Virus record (IMG/VR): IMGVR_UViG_3300025276_000023
Coordinates: 65,103-129,102 of that record
Strand: one strand, 5' to 3'
Length of the DNA: 64,000 nucleotides
DNA from: a virus
A program made the translations under genes and the position numbers. A model generated the notes under the pieces. It had not been told where the DNA came from, searched no databases, and saw only the letters and a program-made list of their open reading frames with translations. Below, one piece after another: positions 56,039 to 64,000 of the stretch (positions are counted from its first letter, which is position 1; each line of letters starts with the position of its first letter).

Positions 56039-58187
56039 TGCCTTCTTTTTTAATGTATTTAGAGATGAGTTTATTTCGTTTCTTCTCGACCTTGATAGAC
56101 TCAAACATATTAGATACTGTTCCTGATTCTTCATCAGTTACTTCTAGCTTATCTAACAGTTGTTCTATACTCGTTTCGAGTTTATGCATAATAAAAGGAT
56201 TGCGTGTAGAATTTAACCGTTCGATTAAATCGTTTAGCTTTTCTTTTAATGCTATTTGTTTTTGCTGCTTACGGATATCAACATTAGAACCAACGAAACC
56301 ATCTTCGGCTATGCGAGTAGGTATCTTCAATGCATCTATTCCGTAGTTAGCTAAGTTCTTACCACACATGATGAACCAGCTTGCTAGTAACCATGCAAAT
56401 ACGGCATCGTCGTGTCCAGAGGCTGCGTGATCTATTCGACCATTCTTAATAACCAATTGACGTAACTGACTAGAGAGTACTTTATCGTAAATGTGATTCT
56501 GTACCTTAGTAGCCATTGTAGAGAACACAGTGCCATATAAAAGCTCACGGCTACTACCTGTCGTATTAAACCCGAAAAGGTCTCTACAGCGATCGTAGAA
56601 CACCACATCACGTCTAGACGGAGGAGTCTCTTTAAGTTGCTGAACCAATGCTCTATTCTTACCTTCATTTTCATGAACGCGGTTGAACATACGCTTGAAT
56701 GGATCTTCACCTAGTTTAACAAGTTCTGCAATACACGCATCGATGAATGTCATAGCAGATGATTTCTTCTCAATAATCATTACTGACTTAGGAAGTATAA
56801 CCAATAACTTAGATACGAATGTTGCTGCGGTTAAAAGACTCGAATAGTTAATACGTGCTGTACCTGCTACTTTCAAAGTATACGGGTTAGTTATATTTAT
56901 ATCTATTGAATCTCGACCAATCGCATCAGATGTATCAATCCCTATTATGAAAGGAATATCTTTTTTCATTGAAGCAAGGTCAGTTTCTTTTATGTACCAT
57001 TCAATGATGTAACGCCATTTAGTAATCTCAACGTAATCAGGAGAACGTTCAGACTGTAGAATAGCTTCTAGTACAGCAGTTGATAATGGAGATGAGATAC
57101 CACCGGCAGTCCAACGGTTAAAGAAATCTCGGTCAGCTGCTTCACCTGTCACCTGTGTTTCAATTATCTTCTCTTCTAACCATTCGTTCGTTTTACCTAA
57201 TTGTAAATGATCGTATTCTAGAAGAAATAGATTTGCATCTTTACGTTCACCAGAGCTATTGAATTTTACAACTTCTTCTAGTTCTTCTATATTTTTCATA
57301 TCCATGAATTTCTCATGGAATCGAGTAGCGTTCTTATAGTACTTAAACATGTAAGCACCGCTACGTGAATCGATCTTACCAGCCGTTGTAGTGAATAGCG
57401 TACCGCTGGGTTGATTATTCTTAATCGCATGTTCACGAGCCACTGAACCAGATGCAATGGCTGCTTGTAGCATTAACCAGATGAAAGGTGTGAATGGTGG
57501 CTCATCAGAATGTAAGAAAGCAGAGGTAATACCACGACCTACGTTAGAGGCAGCGTCTTCTGAGTTTTGACCTACCGCAGTAAGTATCTTATTGCCACGT
57601 GTATTATAAGTGAATATAGTTTGGTTAGCCGCATCTGTTTTATCATCGAACACCATCCACTTAGGTAGTAGTCCTCGCATCTGTCGATACCGCAATATAT
57701 TCTCTACACGTAACTGGTTATCTTTAGTTATTAATTGTTGTTTAAGATTTCGAGCACCGAAGAGTTGTACCCACATACTTAAGCTATCTGCACCAACTGA
57801 TTTACCTGTCTGACGAATCTGTATTAACATACAGTCAATGCGGTTTAAGAAACCCCAAAACAAACTCATGTTGCCACGGTGAGCTTGGAAGTGTGGATGC
57901 GTTACAGATGAAACAGCAGGTATGAGCAATACTTCACGTAAGAAGTAAAAAGGATTGTACTCACATTCTAGATAGATCTTAGTCTTTGTTTCGAAGTCTA
58001 AATCTGGTCCATCTTTATAAACGTCTATTCCTGACAATTCAGGTTGGAATAACTGTAGAGGCCAGGCATTGTTTTCAACACCCATTCCATCTAAGATTTC
58101 ACAGTACTTTAAAAAGCTTTCGTTATTTGTTTTATAGTCAACGACTGCCGTGGGATAATCTTCCCAATCTTTCTTAAATAGTATCAT
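56019..58187 (-). CDS. terL: Terminase large subunit (phiKZ gp25-like)
   Basis: NPFYFLRE, Walker A RQTGKS, Walker B LHSDE, FTTTAG, nuclease IGIDTS and GHDDAVFAWL. Confidence 0.93.
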   Translation of the reverse strand: MILFKKDWEDYPTAVVDYKTNNESFLKYCEILDGMGVENNAWPLQLFQPELSGIDVYKDGPDLDFETKTKIYLECEYNPFYFLREVLLIPAVSSVTHPHFQAHRGNMSLFWGFLNRIDCMLIQIRQTGKSVGADSLSMWVQLFGARNLKQQLITKDNQLRVENILRYRQMRGLLPKWMVFDDKTDAANQTIFTYNTRGNKILTAVGQNSEDAASNVGRGITSAFLHSDEPPFTPFIWLMLQAAIASGSVAREHAIKNNQPSGTLFTTTAGKIDSRSGAYMFKYYKNATRFHEKFMDMKNIEELEEVVKFNSSGERKDANLFLLEYDHLQLGKTNEWLEEKIIETQVTGEAADRDFFNRWTAGGISSPLSTAVLEAILQSERSPDYVEITKWRYIIEWYIKETDLASMKKDIPFIIGIDTSDAIGRDSIDINITNPYTLKVAGTARINYSSLLTAATFVSKLLVILPKSVMIIEKKSSAMTFIDACIAELVKLGEDPFKRMFNRVHENEGKNRALVQQLKETPPSRRDVVFYDRCRDLFGFNTTGSSRELLYGTVFSTMATKVQNHIYDKVLSSQLRQLVIKNGRIDHAASGHDDAVFAWLLASWFIMCGKNLANYGIDALKIPTRIAEDGFVGSNVDIRKQQKQIALKEKLNDLIERLNSTRNPFIMHKLETSIEQLLDKLEVTDEESGTVSNMFESIKVEKKRNKLISKYIKKEGNENERS

Positions 58188-58229
58188 AGGGGATTGTCAC
58201 AGTTAAAAGGTTGGATTCATACTATCAGA

Positions 58230-58252
58230 CATAAATGAGGGCTGGGCCCTCA
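58230..58252 (-). terminator. Hairpin followed by TATG on the minus strand
   Basis: CATA, then TGAGGGC-TGG-GCCCTCA. Confidence 0.6.
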
Positions 58253-58259
58253 CCTATAA

Positions 58260-59366
58260 TTATCCTGCCTTATTTAAAGCAGATTGTGAACGCATGCAGT
58301 ATTGAATTATTGCATTTGTTACTTTTAGATTGTGTCCCAGCAATGGAATGGCTGGAGAATAAATCCATCGATTTAAAGAATGAAGTACTTTAGATATCTT
58401 ACGAAGATATACTTTACGTTCATCATTCTGATCTTCTCTACCAAGTGCATTATAGGCATTTCTATATTGCTTTATTTTATTACGGTATTGAGTGACACGT
58501 TTATAGTAGCGTATATGGAACTGTATCGCAACGTTAAGCACTTTAATACATTCTTCCAGTAAGACTGTCTGTTCTCGTCCGGGTACCGCTAGGACCTTGT
58601 GAGTGCTCGTATCGTAATCGCCAGAAGAAGTTAAAGAACCTCTTGTAGTTATAATAGAGTCGAGTGCAGAGGTTAACTGGTAGTTGGTTGTTTTCAAATC
58701 TGATTCAGTAACTGGTTCAGCTTTGTATTCTATTTCTACAGTGCCTAATAAAGGACCCGTACTATAGACATGAGGCGTATTGGTCGCTTTAAGGTGTGGG
58801 CTAGATAAATACTTCTTACGTAGCTGATATACATCACTAGCAATGCCTTGGGTTAAGAAAACAACTTCTGGGGCGTTGAGTGAATTAAAGCGATTAAGTA
58901 ACTGATCTGTTTTAGGAAATACTTTGTCGATTAAACGAACGCTGTATTCCATGTTATCAATTGCTTCTGTAAAAAATACATCTCTTAACTTCTTAATACC
59001 TTTTAAGATATCAGACGAGTTAGGAACATCGCCGGTAGCTGTTAAGTATTGAGCATCGGGTATTTCAATGATTGCTTTACTAGAACCAGATGGCAGATCA
59101 GGTATTCTAGCAAGTAACTTTCGAGCAGTGATTATTCTGTTCTCTGCTTGGTTTCTTCCAGATGTCATTACCGTTAAGAATCTGTCAAACGAGCGATAGA
59201 TTAAATCAAGTAGCTTTTTAGCCACATCTTTGATTATATCTATAGCACCTTCTTGGGAAACATTGATTCCTTCAAGCATTGTAGGACGACCGTTAAGACG
59301 CATTAGAATGATGCAGGTATCCATTTCCTGATGGAGTAGATCTAACTGTTGTATTTGAGAATCCAT
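58260..59366 (-). CDS. Internal head (ejection) protein, phiKZ gp93/gp162-type paralog family
   Basis: Propeptide ending VSQE, then amphipathic helix GAIDIIKDVAKKLLDLI; TGPLLG motif shared with neighbours. Confidence 0.7.
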   Translation of the reverse strand: MDSQIQQLDLLHQEMDTCIILMRLNGRPTMLEGINVSQEGAIDIIKDVAKKLLDLIYRSFDRFLTVMTSGRNQAENRIITARKLLARIPDLPSGSSKAIIEIPDAQYLTATGDVPNSSDILKGIKKLRDVFFTEAIDNMEYSVRLIDKVFPKTDQLLNRFNSLNAPEVVFLTQGIASDVYQLRKKYLSSPHLKATNTPHVYSTGPLLGTVEIEYKAEPVTESDLKTTNYQLTSALDSIITTRGSLTSSGDYDTSTHKVLAVPGREQTVLLEECIKVLNVAIQFHIRYYKRVTQYRNKIKQYRNAYNALGREDQNDERKVYLRKISKVLHSLNRWIYSPAIPLLGHNLKVTNAIIQYCMRSQSALNKAG

Positions 59367-59374
59367 TTTAACTC

Positions 59375-59403
59375 CATAAGTAGGGGATTCGAAAATCCCC
59401 TAC
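59375..59403 (-). terminator. Hairpin followed by TATG on the minus strand
   Basis: CATA, then GTAGGGGATT-CGAA-AATCCCCTAC. Confidence 0.7.
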
Positions 59404-59418
59404 AGTTAATTGAATGTA

Positions 59419-60819
59419 TTAAACAACAGCTGGTAGGTTATCTTCTACTTTAGCATCTGCGCCTTCAGACTTATCGTCGTTTGCAGCAGTTTGACCACTA
59501 AGGTGGAATTTAGCAGAACGCTCAGCGTAACGAAGGTAATCGTCAGTTACTGATTGGAACGTAGACGTCAATAGACCGTGAGGCATGACTACAGAATCAC
59601 GAACGATACGACTCATTGCAGTTAGTTCACGACCAAGTTTTGCAGTCTGTTCAGTACCACCAAATTTTTCAACTACATTGCCTTCAAAAAGACGATGTTT
59701 AGCAATGTTTTCAAGAGTTTTAAGTGCAATTACTTTACCGCTGATAGCTTGTTCAATATCAGTTACAAGTTTACCTAGCTCATCTACAGTAAGTACAGGA
59801 GCCATCATTGATTCAGGCGTGTTTTCATCTTTGACTAGGCTAAATTTCATGCTCTGGATATGATCCGAAACTCTAATAGCATCGACACCTGATTCGCTAG
59901 TTATTGCAGTAACTGCATTTTTAGTTATCTTGATTTTCTTTTTGCCAACTAAAGGACTAGTAGCAGTCATTTCATCATCTTTACCGGCAACAAATTTAAG
60001 CTTGAAAATAGACGTATATGAAGTAACTACTGAGTCAGCTGCTCTGATTACGCCATCTAAAGCTTTTCTGTCAACATTAATCTCGCCTTTTTCTTTATCT
60101 ACTTGAACTTTCGTTGCTACCGCCGCTGCTTCAACGAAGGTAAGTAGTTCAACAAATTTAGGATTAGCACCATTCAACATTGAGAATACTTTAAGCATTT
60201 CACTGTATTCGCCAACTGTACCTACGTTAGCTACCTGCGAACCCGTAAGACGAATTTCATCACCCGCTTTCGCTTTTGATTCAGTTTTCGCTTTATCGAT
60301 CATTGAACGTAAGTTTTTAACGCGTGTTTCTTTACCACGGAACATGTTGAAGATTTTAACAACAAGCTCATATAACCACTTACCTGCTTGTTTAAGTTTT
60401 TCACCAACAGCAGAAGCCATATCTTTAAGTGTTTGACCGATTGCTTCTGCACTGTAAACAAGACCAGCTTCGCTTTCAAAACTTTCAGTTACTTGTGATT
60501 GAGTTTTACCAAGTACGTCAGCGTGGATATCAAGATCAGTACCTTGAACCGCGCCATAAGCAACAGCCATTGTAAGACTTGCTTGTTCAAAAGAATGGAT
60601 TGGTTTACCAGCAAAAGATGCAAGAAGATCAAGTGCTTCCATACGAGACTCTAAAGACGCAACAGTTGTTTCGCTTTCTTCAATGTCTTGTTCAACAGAC
60701 TGATCTAACATGTTAGATTCAACTGCATGTTCTGCAACTTGTTCCGCGTATAAATCATCTGGCATTGCAACTGACTCAAATGATGCTACTGGTTTACGGA
60801 TTATTAAAGTTCTAGCCAT
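59419..60819 (-). CDS. Internal head (ejection) protein paralog, probably abundant
   Basis: Acidic propeptide with ASFE, ASLE, HSFE, ESFE, YSAE sites; TSPLVG motif. Confidence 0.75.
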   Translation of the reverse strand: MARTLIIRKPVASFESVAMPDDLYAEQVAEHAVESNMLDQSVEQDIEESETTVASLESRMEALDLLASFAGKPIHSFEQASLTMAVAYGAVQGTDLDIHADVLGKTQSQVTESFESEAGLVYSAEAIGQTLKDMASAVGEKLKQAGKWLYELVVKIFNMFRGKETRVKNLRSMIDKAKTESKAKAGDEIRLTGSQVANVGTVGEYSEMLKVFSMLNGANPKFVELLTFVEAAAVATKVQVDKEKGEINVDRKALDGVIRAADSVVTSYTSIFKLKFVAGKDDEMTATSPLVGKKKIKITKNAVTAITSESGVDAIRVSDHIQSMKFSLVKDENTPESMMAPVLTVDELGKLVTDIEQAISGKVIALKTLENIAKHRLFEGNVVEKFGGTEQTAKLGRELTAMSRIVRDSVVMPHGLLTSTFQSVTDDYLRYAERSAKFHLSGQTAANDDKSEGADAKVEDNLPAVV

Positions 60820-60899
60820 TTTACGTTTTCCTTTTATACTAATGTTTAGGGTAAGATAATCCTACCCTTAAAGAATTAAACTATTTTTAACTTAAAATA

Positions 60900-62159
60900 T
60901 TAAGCATCTACCGTGGCAACATTTTTTATATGTCGTTTAGTAACGCTCAAGATATTGAAAGCTTGAGTGATTAGGTGTTCATAAAGATGTTCAGGTAACG
61001 TTGAGTAAATCGTATTGAACGAACCCATCGCTGAAATCATTTGTTTTTGAGCAGCAGCACGTTTCACTGTATCTGCCTGTTCAGTGTCAGCTCTTTGTAA
61101 AGAACCTTTCATTGAATCAACTAACTTATTAAATGACTCGACCTCAGTAATACTCTTTCGCATAATATCTGAGACTATACCGATGCTAGCACTTAGATCT
61201 TTAGCAGCATCAACTGCACCTGCACATTCAGCACTTGACCAGCGTTGCATTTCAATTTCTTTAAAATCAGCATTCACTTGATCTTTAGGTGTAACCATTT
61301 TAAGCATGAAACGATTAATGGCTACGAAGTGATCGTTGTTACTGTCGCTTGCTGGTTTTTGATATCGACATGTAATAACTTTACTACCAAGAATAGGACC
61401 GGTGTTTGTCATTTCAGCGCCACTAGAGTCATCTTTACTTTTAAATGAGTCAATGGATGCGATTACATTATTGTTCACTGAGTTTAGATGCTCGTCTATT
61501 TTCTTAACCCGCGTTACTGCATCGTCACCGATTGCTAGCTGCTGTTCTGAATACAGAGCAGGTTCGCCTTTACCGTTAGCTTTCATGCCTTCAAGTAATG
61601 TAGTACTACCTTTTAGAAGATTAGGGAAAATAGATTTATCCAATGCTTCTATTAATACAGTAGTGCCGATTACATATTTGCTAAGTTGAGAATATGTAAC
61701 GATTGTTTCTTTACGCATAACGAATGAGTTAATGCCTTTTTTCAAAAGGATCTTGGTATTAGGATCTTTTGAATATTGCTTTTCATTCATTGCTTTAACT
61801 GCAAGAATCTGCTTATCTAAAATGTTCTTGCGATCAGTCAGGCTCTTGAACCAGTTCTTTAACTTGTCTAACAGACCTTTAAGTTTAGCTAGTAAAGCGG
61901 CTATAAATTTAACGATAACGTTACCATCATCTTCGAATGAAGCAGTCACACCATCTGACTGCATGATATCTTCGCGACGCATGTCAGTACCTTGACAAAC
62001 TAGATCAATACATACTTCAATATCTGCTAATTCGTTAGTATCAATTTCATTACTGCTTTCTACTTGAACTTTTAAATTTAATAAAGACGATATCTTGCCG
62101 GTTAAAGCATTTATATCGTCTATGTCTAATTCATGTTCTTCAATTGAATAAAAATACAT
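60900..62159 (-). CDS. Internal head (ejection) protein paralog
   Basis: Acidic propeptide with QGTD and ASFE; helix KLKGLLDKLKNWF; TGPILG motif. Confidence 0.72.
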   Translation of the reverse strand: MYFYSIEEHELDIDDINALTGKISSLLNLKVQVESSNEIDTNELADIEVCIDLVCQGTDMRREDIMQSDGVTASFEDDGNVIVKFIAALLAKLKGLLDKLKNWFKSLTDRKNILDKQILAVKAMNEKQYSKDPNTKILLKKGINSFVMRKETIVTYSQLSKYVIGTTVLIEALDKSIFPNLLKGSTTLLEGMKANGKGEPALYSEQQLAIGDDAVTRVKKIDEHLNSVNNNVIASIDSFKSKDDSSGAEMTNTGPILGSKVITCRYQKPASDSNNDHFVAINRFMLKMVTPKDQVNADFKEIEMQRWSSAECAGAVDAAKDLSASIGIVSDIMRKSITEVESFNKLVDSMKGSLQRADTEQADTVKRAAAQKQMISAMGSFNTIYSTLPEHLYEHLITQAFNILSVTKRHIKNVATVDA

Positions 62160-62169
62160 TTTACATTCC

Positions 62170-62988
62170 TTATCGAGGACTAATCATTCGGTTATGTTTT
62201 GCTTTTCTTAAAGGATCGTTTACACGCATTGCCTTTTTGAATAGCGACATTTCTTCTTCAAACTTTTCTTCAGATGCTTCATAGCGACTTACTATCTCAC
62301 GCATCTCTGAAAACTCTTTACCTGCTGAAAGAGCGTTCTTAGATATTTCCATATAGCTATTGGTATATATGTGAGACTCAGTTAATAACAAAGCACATTT
62401 AGCAAAACGCGTATATAGTTGAGGTATAATAGAGGAGAAGTTTTCATCAGTAGCAAATAGTCCTGTCATTAAGAAACTTTCAATGTTACGATTAGGTGAC
62501 TGTACTACGAAAATGTTTTTACTGATTATCTCACAGTCAGATGTTGAAAATACCTGGGTCGGAGCAGATGCATGCATTACTTTTTGGTTCTGACTACCTA
62601 AACCACTTGAACCCATAGATGAACCATAGCCTTGGGTATTCGAACCGATAGCTGATGTATATGCGGTTCTAGGCATTCTACCTAATGTCATCGCCTGTAT
62701 AGACATGAGACGACGATTCTTAGTAGCTTCAATAGGTAACGTCACTGTAAAACTAGAAGCGTCTATAATACGTTTCCAGCTATTCTTAAGAAGCACCTCT
62801 TGTTCTGTAGGGCCTACGATATCAATCTCAGATCTAAGACGACCTTCGATTATTTTTTCAATTATGTTTTGCTCTATTAGACTATCTTGATTTACAAAAG
62901 ATCTTTGTGTACCACCAAAGGCATATTTTAAAACTGGCTTAGGTATTGTATTGATCTTCGTTAAAGCGTGTGTTACCGCACTCATCAC
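62170..62988 (-). CDS. Conserved virion structural protein
   Basis: Heads the head-protein operon; N-terminal AVTHAL..I.TIPKPVLKYAF recalled from phiKZ-like virion proteins. Confidence 0.55.
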   Translation of the reverse strand: MMSAVTHALTKINTIPKPVLKYAFGGTQRSFVNQDSLIEQNIIEKIIEGRLRSEIDIVGPTEQEVLLKNSWKRIIDASSFTVTLPIEATKNRRLMSIQAMTLGRMPRTAYTSAIGSNTQGYGSSMGSSGLGSQNQKVMHASAPTQVFSTSDCEIISKNIFVVQSPNRNIESFLMTGLFATDENFSSIIPQLYTRFAKCALLLTESHIYTNSYMEISKNALSAGKEFSEMREIVSRYEASEEKFEEEMSLFKKAMRVNDPLRKAKHNRMISPR

Positions 62989-63104
62989 ACCACCTACCTT
63001 TAATATGTTAAACTCATATCATTAAAAGTATTTTATTACACGAAACCCAATACTATGTTAGAAGAGTAAATATTTCCGTGGTTTGAGTCATTTTTAATGT
63101 CATT

Positions 63105-63135
63105 AGAGGAGGGGTGGTTCCCTCCTCTGCTTATG
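63105..63135 (+). terminator. Hairpin followed by TATG
   Basis: AGAGGAGGG-loop-CCCTCCTCT then GCTTATG. Confidence 0.6.
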
Positions 63136-63147
63136 TTTGAAATAAAT

Positions 63148-63170
63148 TAAAAACTATATTATAACTGTAG
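63148..63170 (+). promoter_or_regulatory. Putative early promoter (variant)
   Basis: AAAAAC-TATAT(63155)-TAT matches 33053 but lacks the downstream GA. Confidence 0.5.
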
Positions 63171-63190
63171 TAAATACTTAGGAGACAGTT

Positions 63191-63496
63191 ATGCAAATGG
63201 TGGCAATCACATCCTTATTAGATGAAGCTGAGATGGGAACATGGTCTCTTTTAACGTTACGTGAGAAGTTCTGTAACTTCTTATTGAACTATGGTTACTG
63301 TAAAGAAATAGTAGATTGCCCTATAGATAATTCTTTTTCAGATTCTAAATTTGAAGACTTTGCCTATGGTGTATTTATTAAAATAGATTACTCATATTTT
63401 GTTGACACGCTAGTTGTCGATGTAATTAAATTAGGACCAGTTACTTTTCTAACACTGGGTACGGAGAATGAAGATGCAACACAACAGTTACGCTAA
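63191..63496 (+). CDS. Hypothetical protein
   Basis: 101-aa ORF, AGGAG RBS. Confidence 0.68.
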   Translation: MQMVAITSLLDEAEMGTWSLLTLREKFCNFLLNYGYCKEIVDCPIDNSFSDSKFEDFAYGVFIKIDYSYFVDTLVVDVIKLGPVTFLTLGTENEDATQQLR

Positions 63497-63974
63497 GTCA
63501 GCAACGCAGCCTAAAGAGAAATATGCCTTATCGGACTTCCCAGAGTTCACTAGATTCATCGATAACAAAGATATGTGTAAATGGTTTCTCATCATTCTGA
63601 AATACGGCTTCTATAACCGCTACCATTCAGAAGATGATTTCATTACCTTATTAGAAATTGAATTTAATAAACTAGCAGATAAGCGTGAAGACGATGAATA
63701 CATAGACCTTGTTAACGGTGACTATGGTTTAAACGAACGTCTGCGAACACTGGTAGAAGAAAGTGAAATAGCACACATCGATGAAAAGACAGGAGAGGAA
63801 TATTTAGAATCTTACTACTTATCCCATTTTGTTGACATCGTGTCAGAACAATTTGAAGATATTCAAACTTACTTCTCAGAACATGAGAGGAACGGTTATA
63901 CGAATGCTACATTTCCTAAAGGACAAGGTAATAGTAGAATTCTTTGGATGGGTAATACCGTAGATGAAAGATAA
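63468..63974 (+). CDS. Acidic hypothetical protein
   Basis: 168-aa ORF, GGAG RBS. Confidence 0.68.
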   Translation: MKMQHNSYAKSATQPKEKYALSDFPEFTRFIDNKDMCKWFLIILKYGFYNRYHSEDDFITLLEIEFNKLADKREDDEYIDLVNGDYGLNERLRTLVEESEIAHIDEKTGEEYLESYYLSHFVDIVSEQFEDIQTYFSEHERNGYTNATFPKGQGNSRILWMGNTVDER

Positions 63975-64000
63975 CGCCATTGTATTTCCAATTGAAACAG

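Noticed and set aside
1-64000. CRISPR array, tRNA or rRNA genes
   Set aside because: No regularly spaced repeats with unique spacers; no cloverleaf with T-loop GTTCRA and matching acceptor stem seen in the few gaps long enough
1-64000. Stop-codon reassignment
   Set aside because: Core genes are full length in code 11, and TAA, TAG and TGA all end genes directly before the next RBS or hairpin
1-64000. Nuclear shell protein (chimallin), PhuZ tubulin, major capsid protein
   Set aside because: No ORF here is recognisable as these, so a nucleus-forming lifestyle is inferred only from the other core genes

Overview
AT-rich segment of a phiKZ-like (Chimalliviridae-type) jumbo myovirus genome, standard genetic code. 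Family assignments rest on motifs and recalled similarity, with no database search. Core genes recognisable from motifs and gene order: RNase H, UvsX/RecA, three virion RNA polymerase subunits (beta N-part, beta C-part, beta-prime with DFDGD), tape-measure/gp181-like protein, prohead protease, tail sheath and tube, gp26/27/28/32-like virion proteins, large terminase, three paralogous internal-head proteins, thymidylate synthase, an AAA ATPase and a spanin-like lipoprotein. Two accessory regions (about 10.9-15.1 kb and 33-42.6 kb) carry small unknown and membrane proteins, most behind a shared TATAT-N9-GA promoter motif. Most notable: two cassettes 25 kb apart that share a 56-bp promoter/leader and each encode two small N-anchored membrane proteins; hairpins followed by TATG instead of a U-tract; a catalytically degenerate lytic transglycosylase domain in the tape measure; an EF-hand/extra-domain/LRR module inserted in the tail operon; two structured non-coding stretches; and a solo HigA-like protein. 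No tRNA, CRISPR array, intron or intein was seen.
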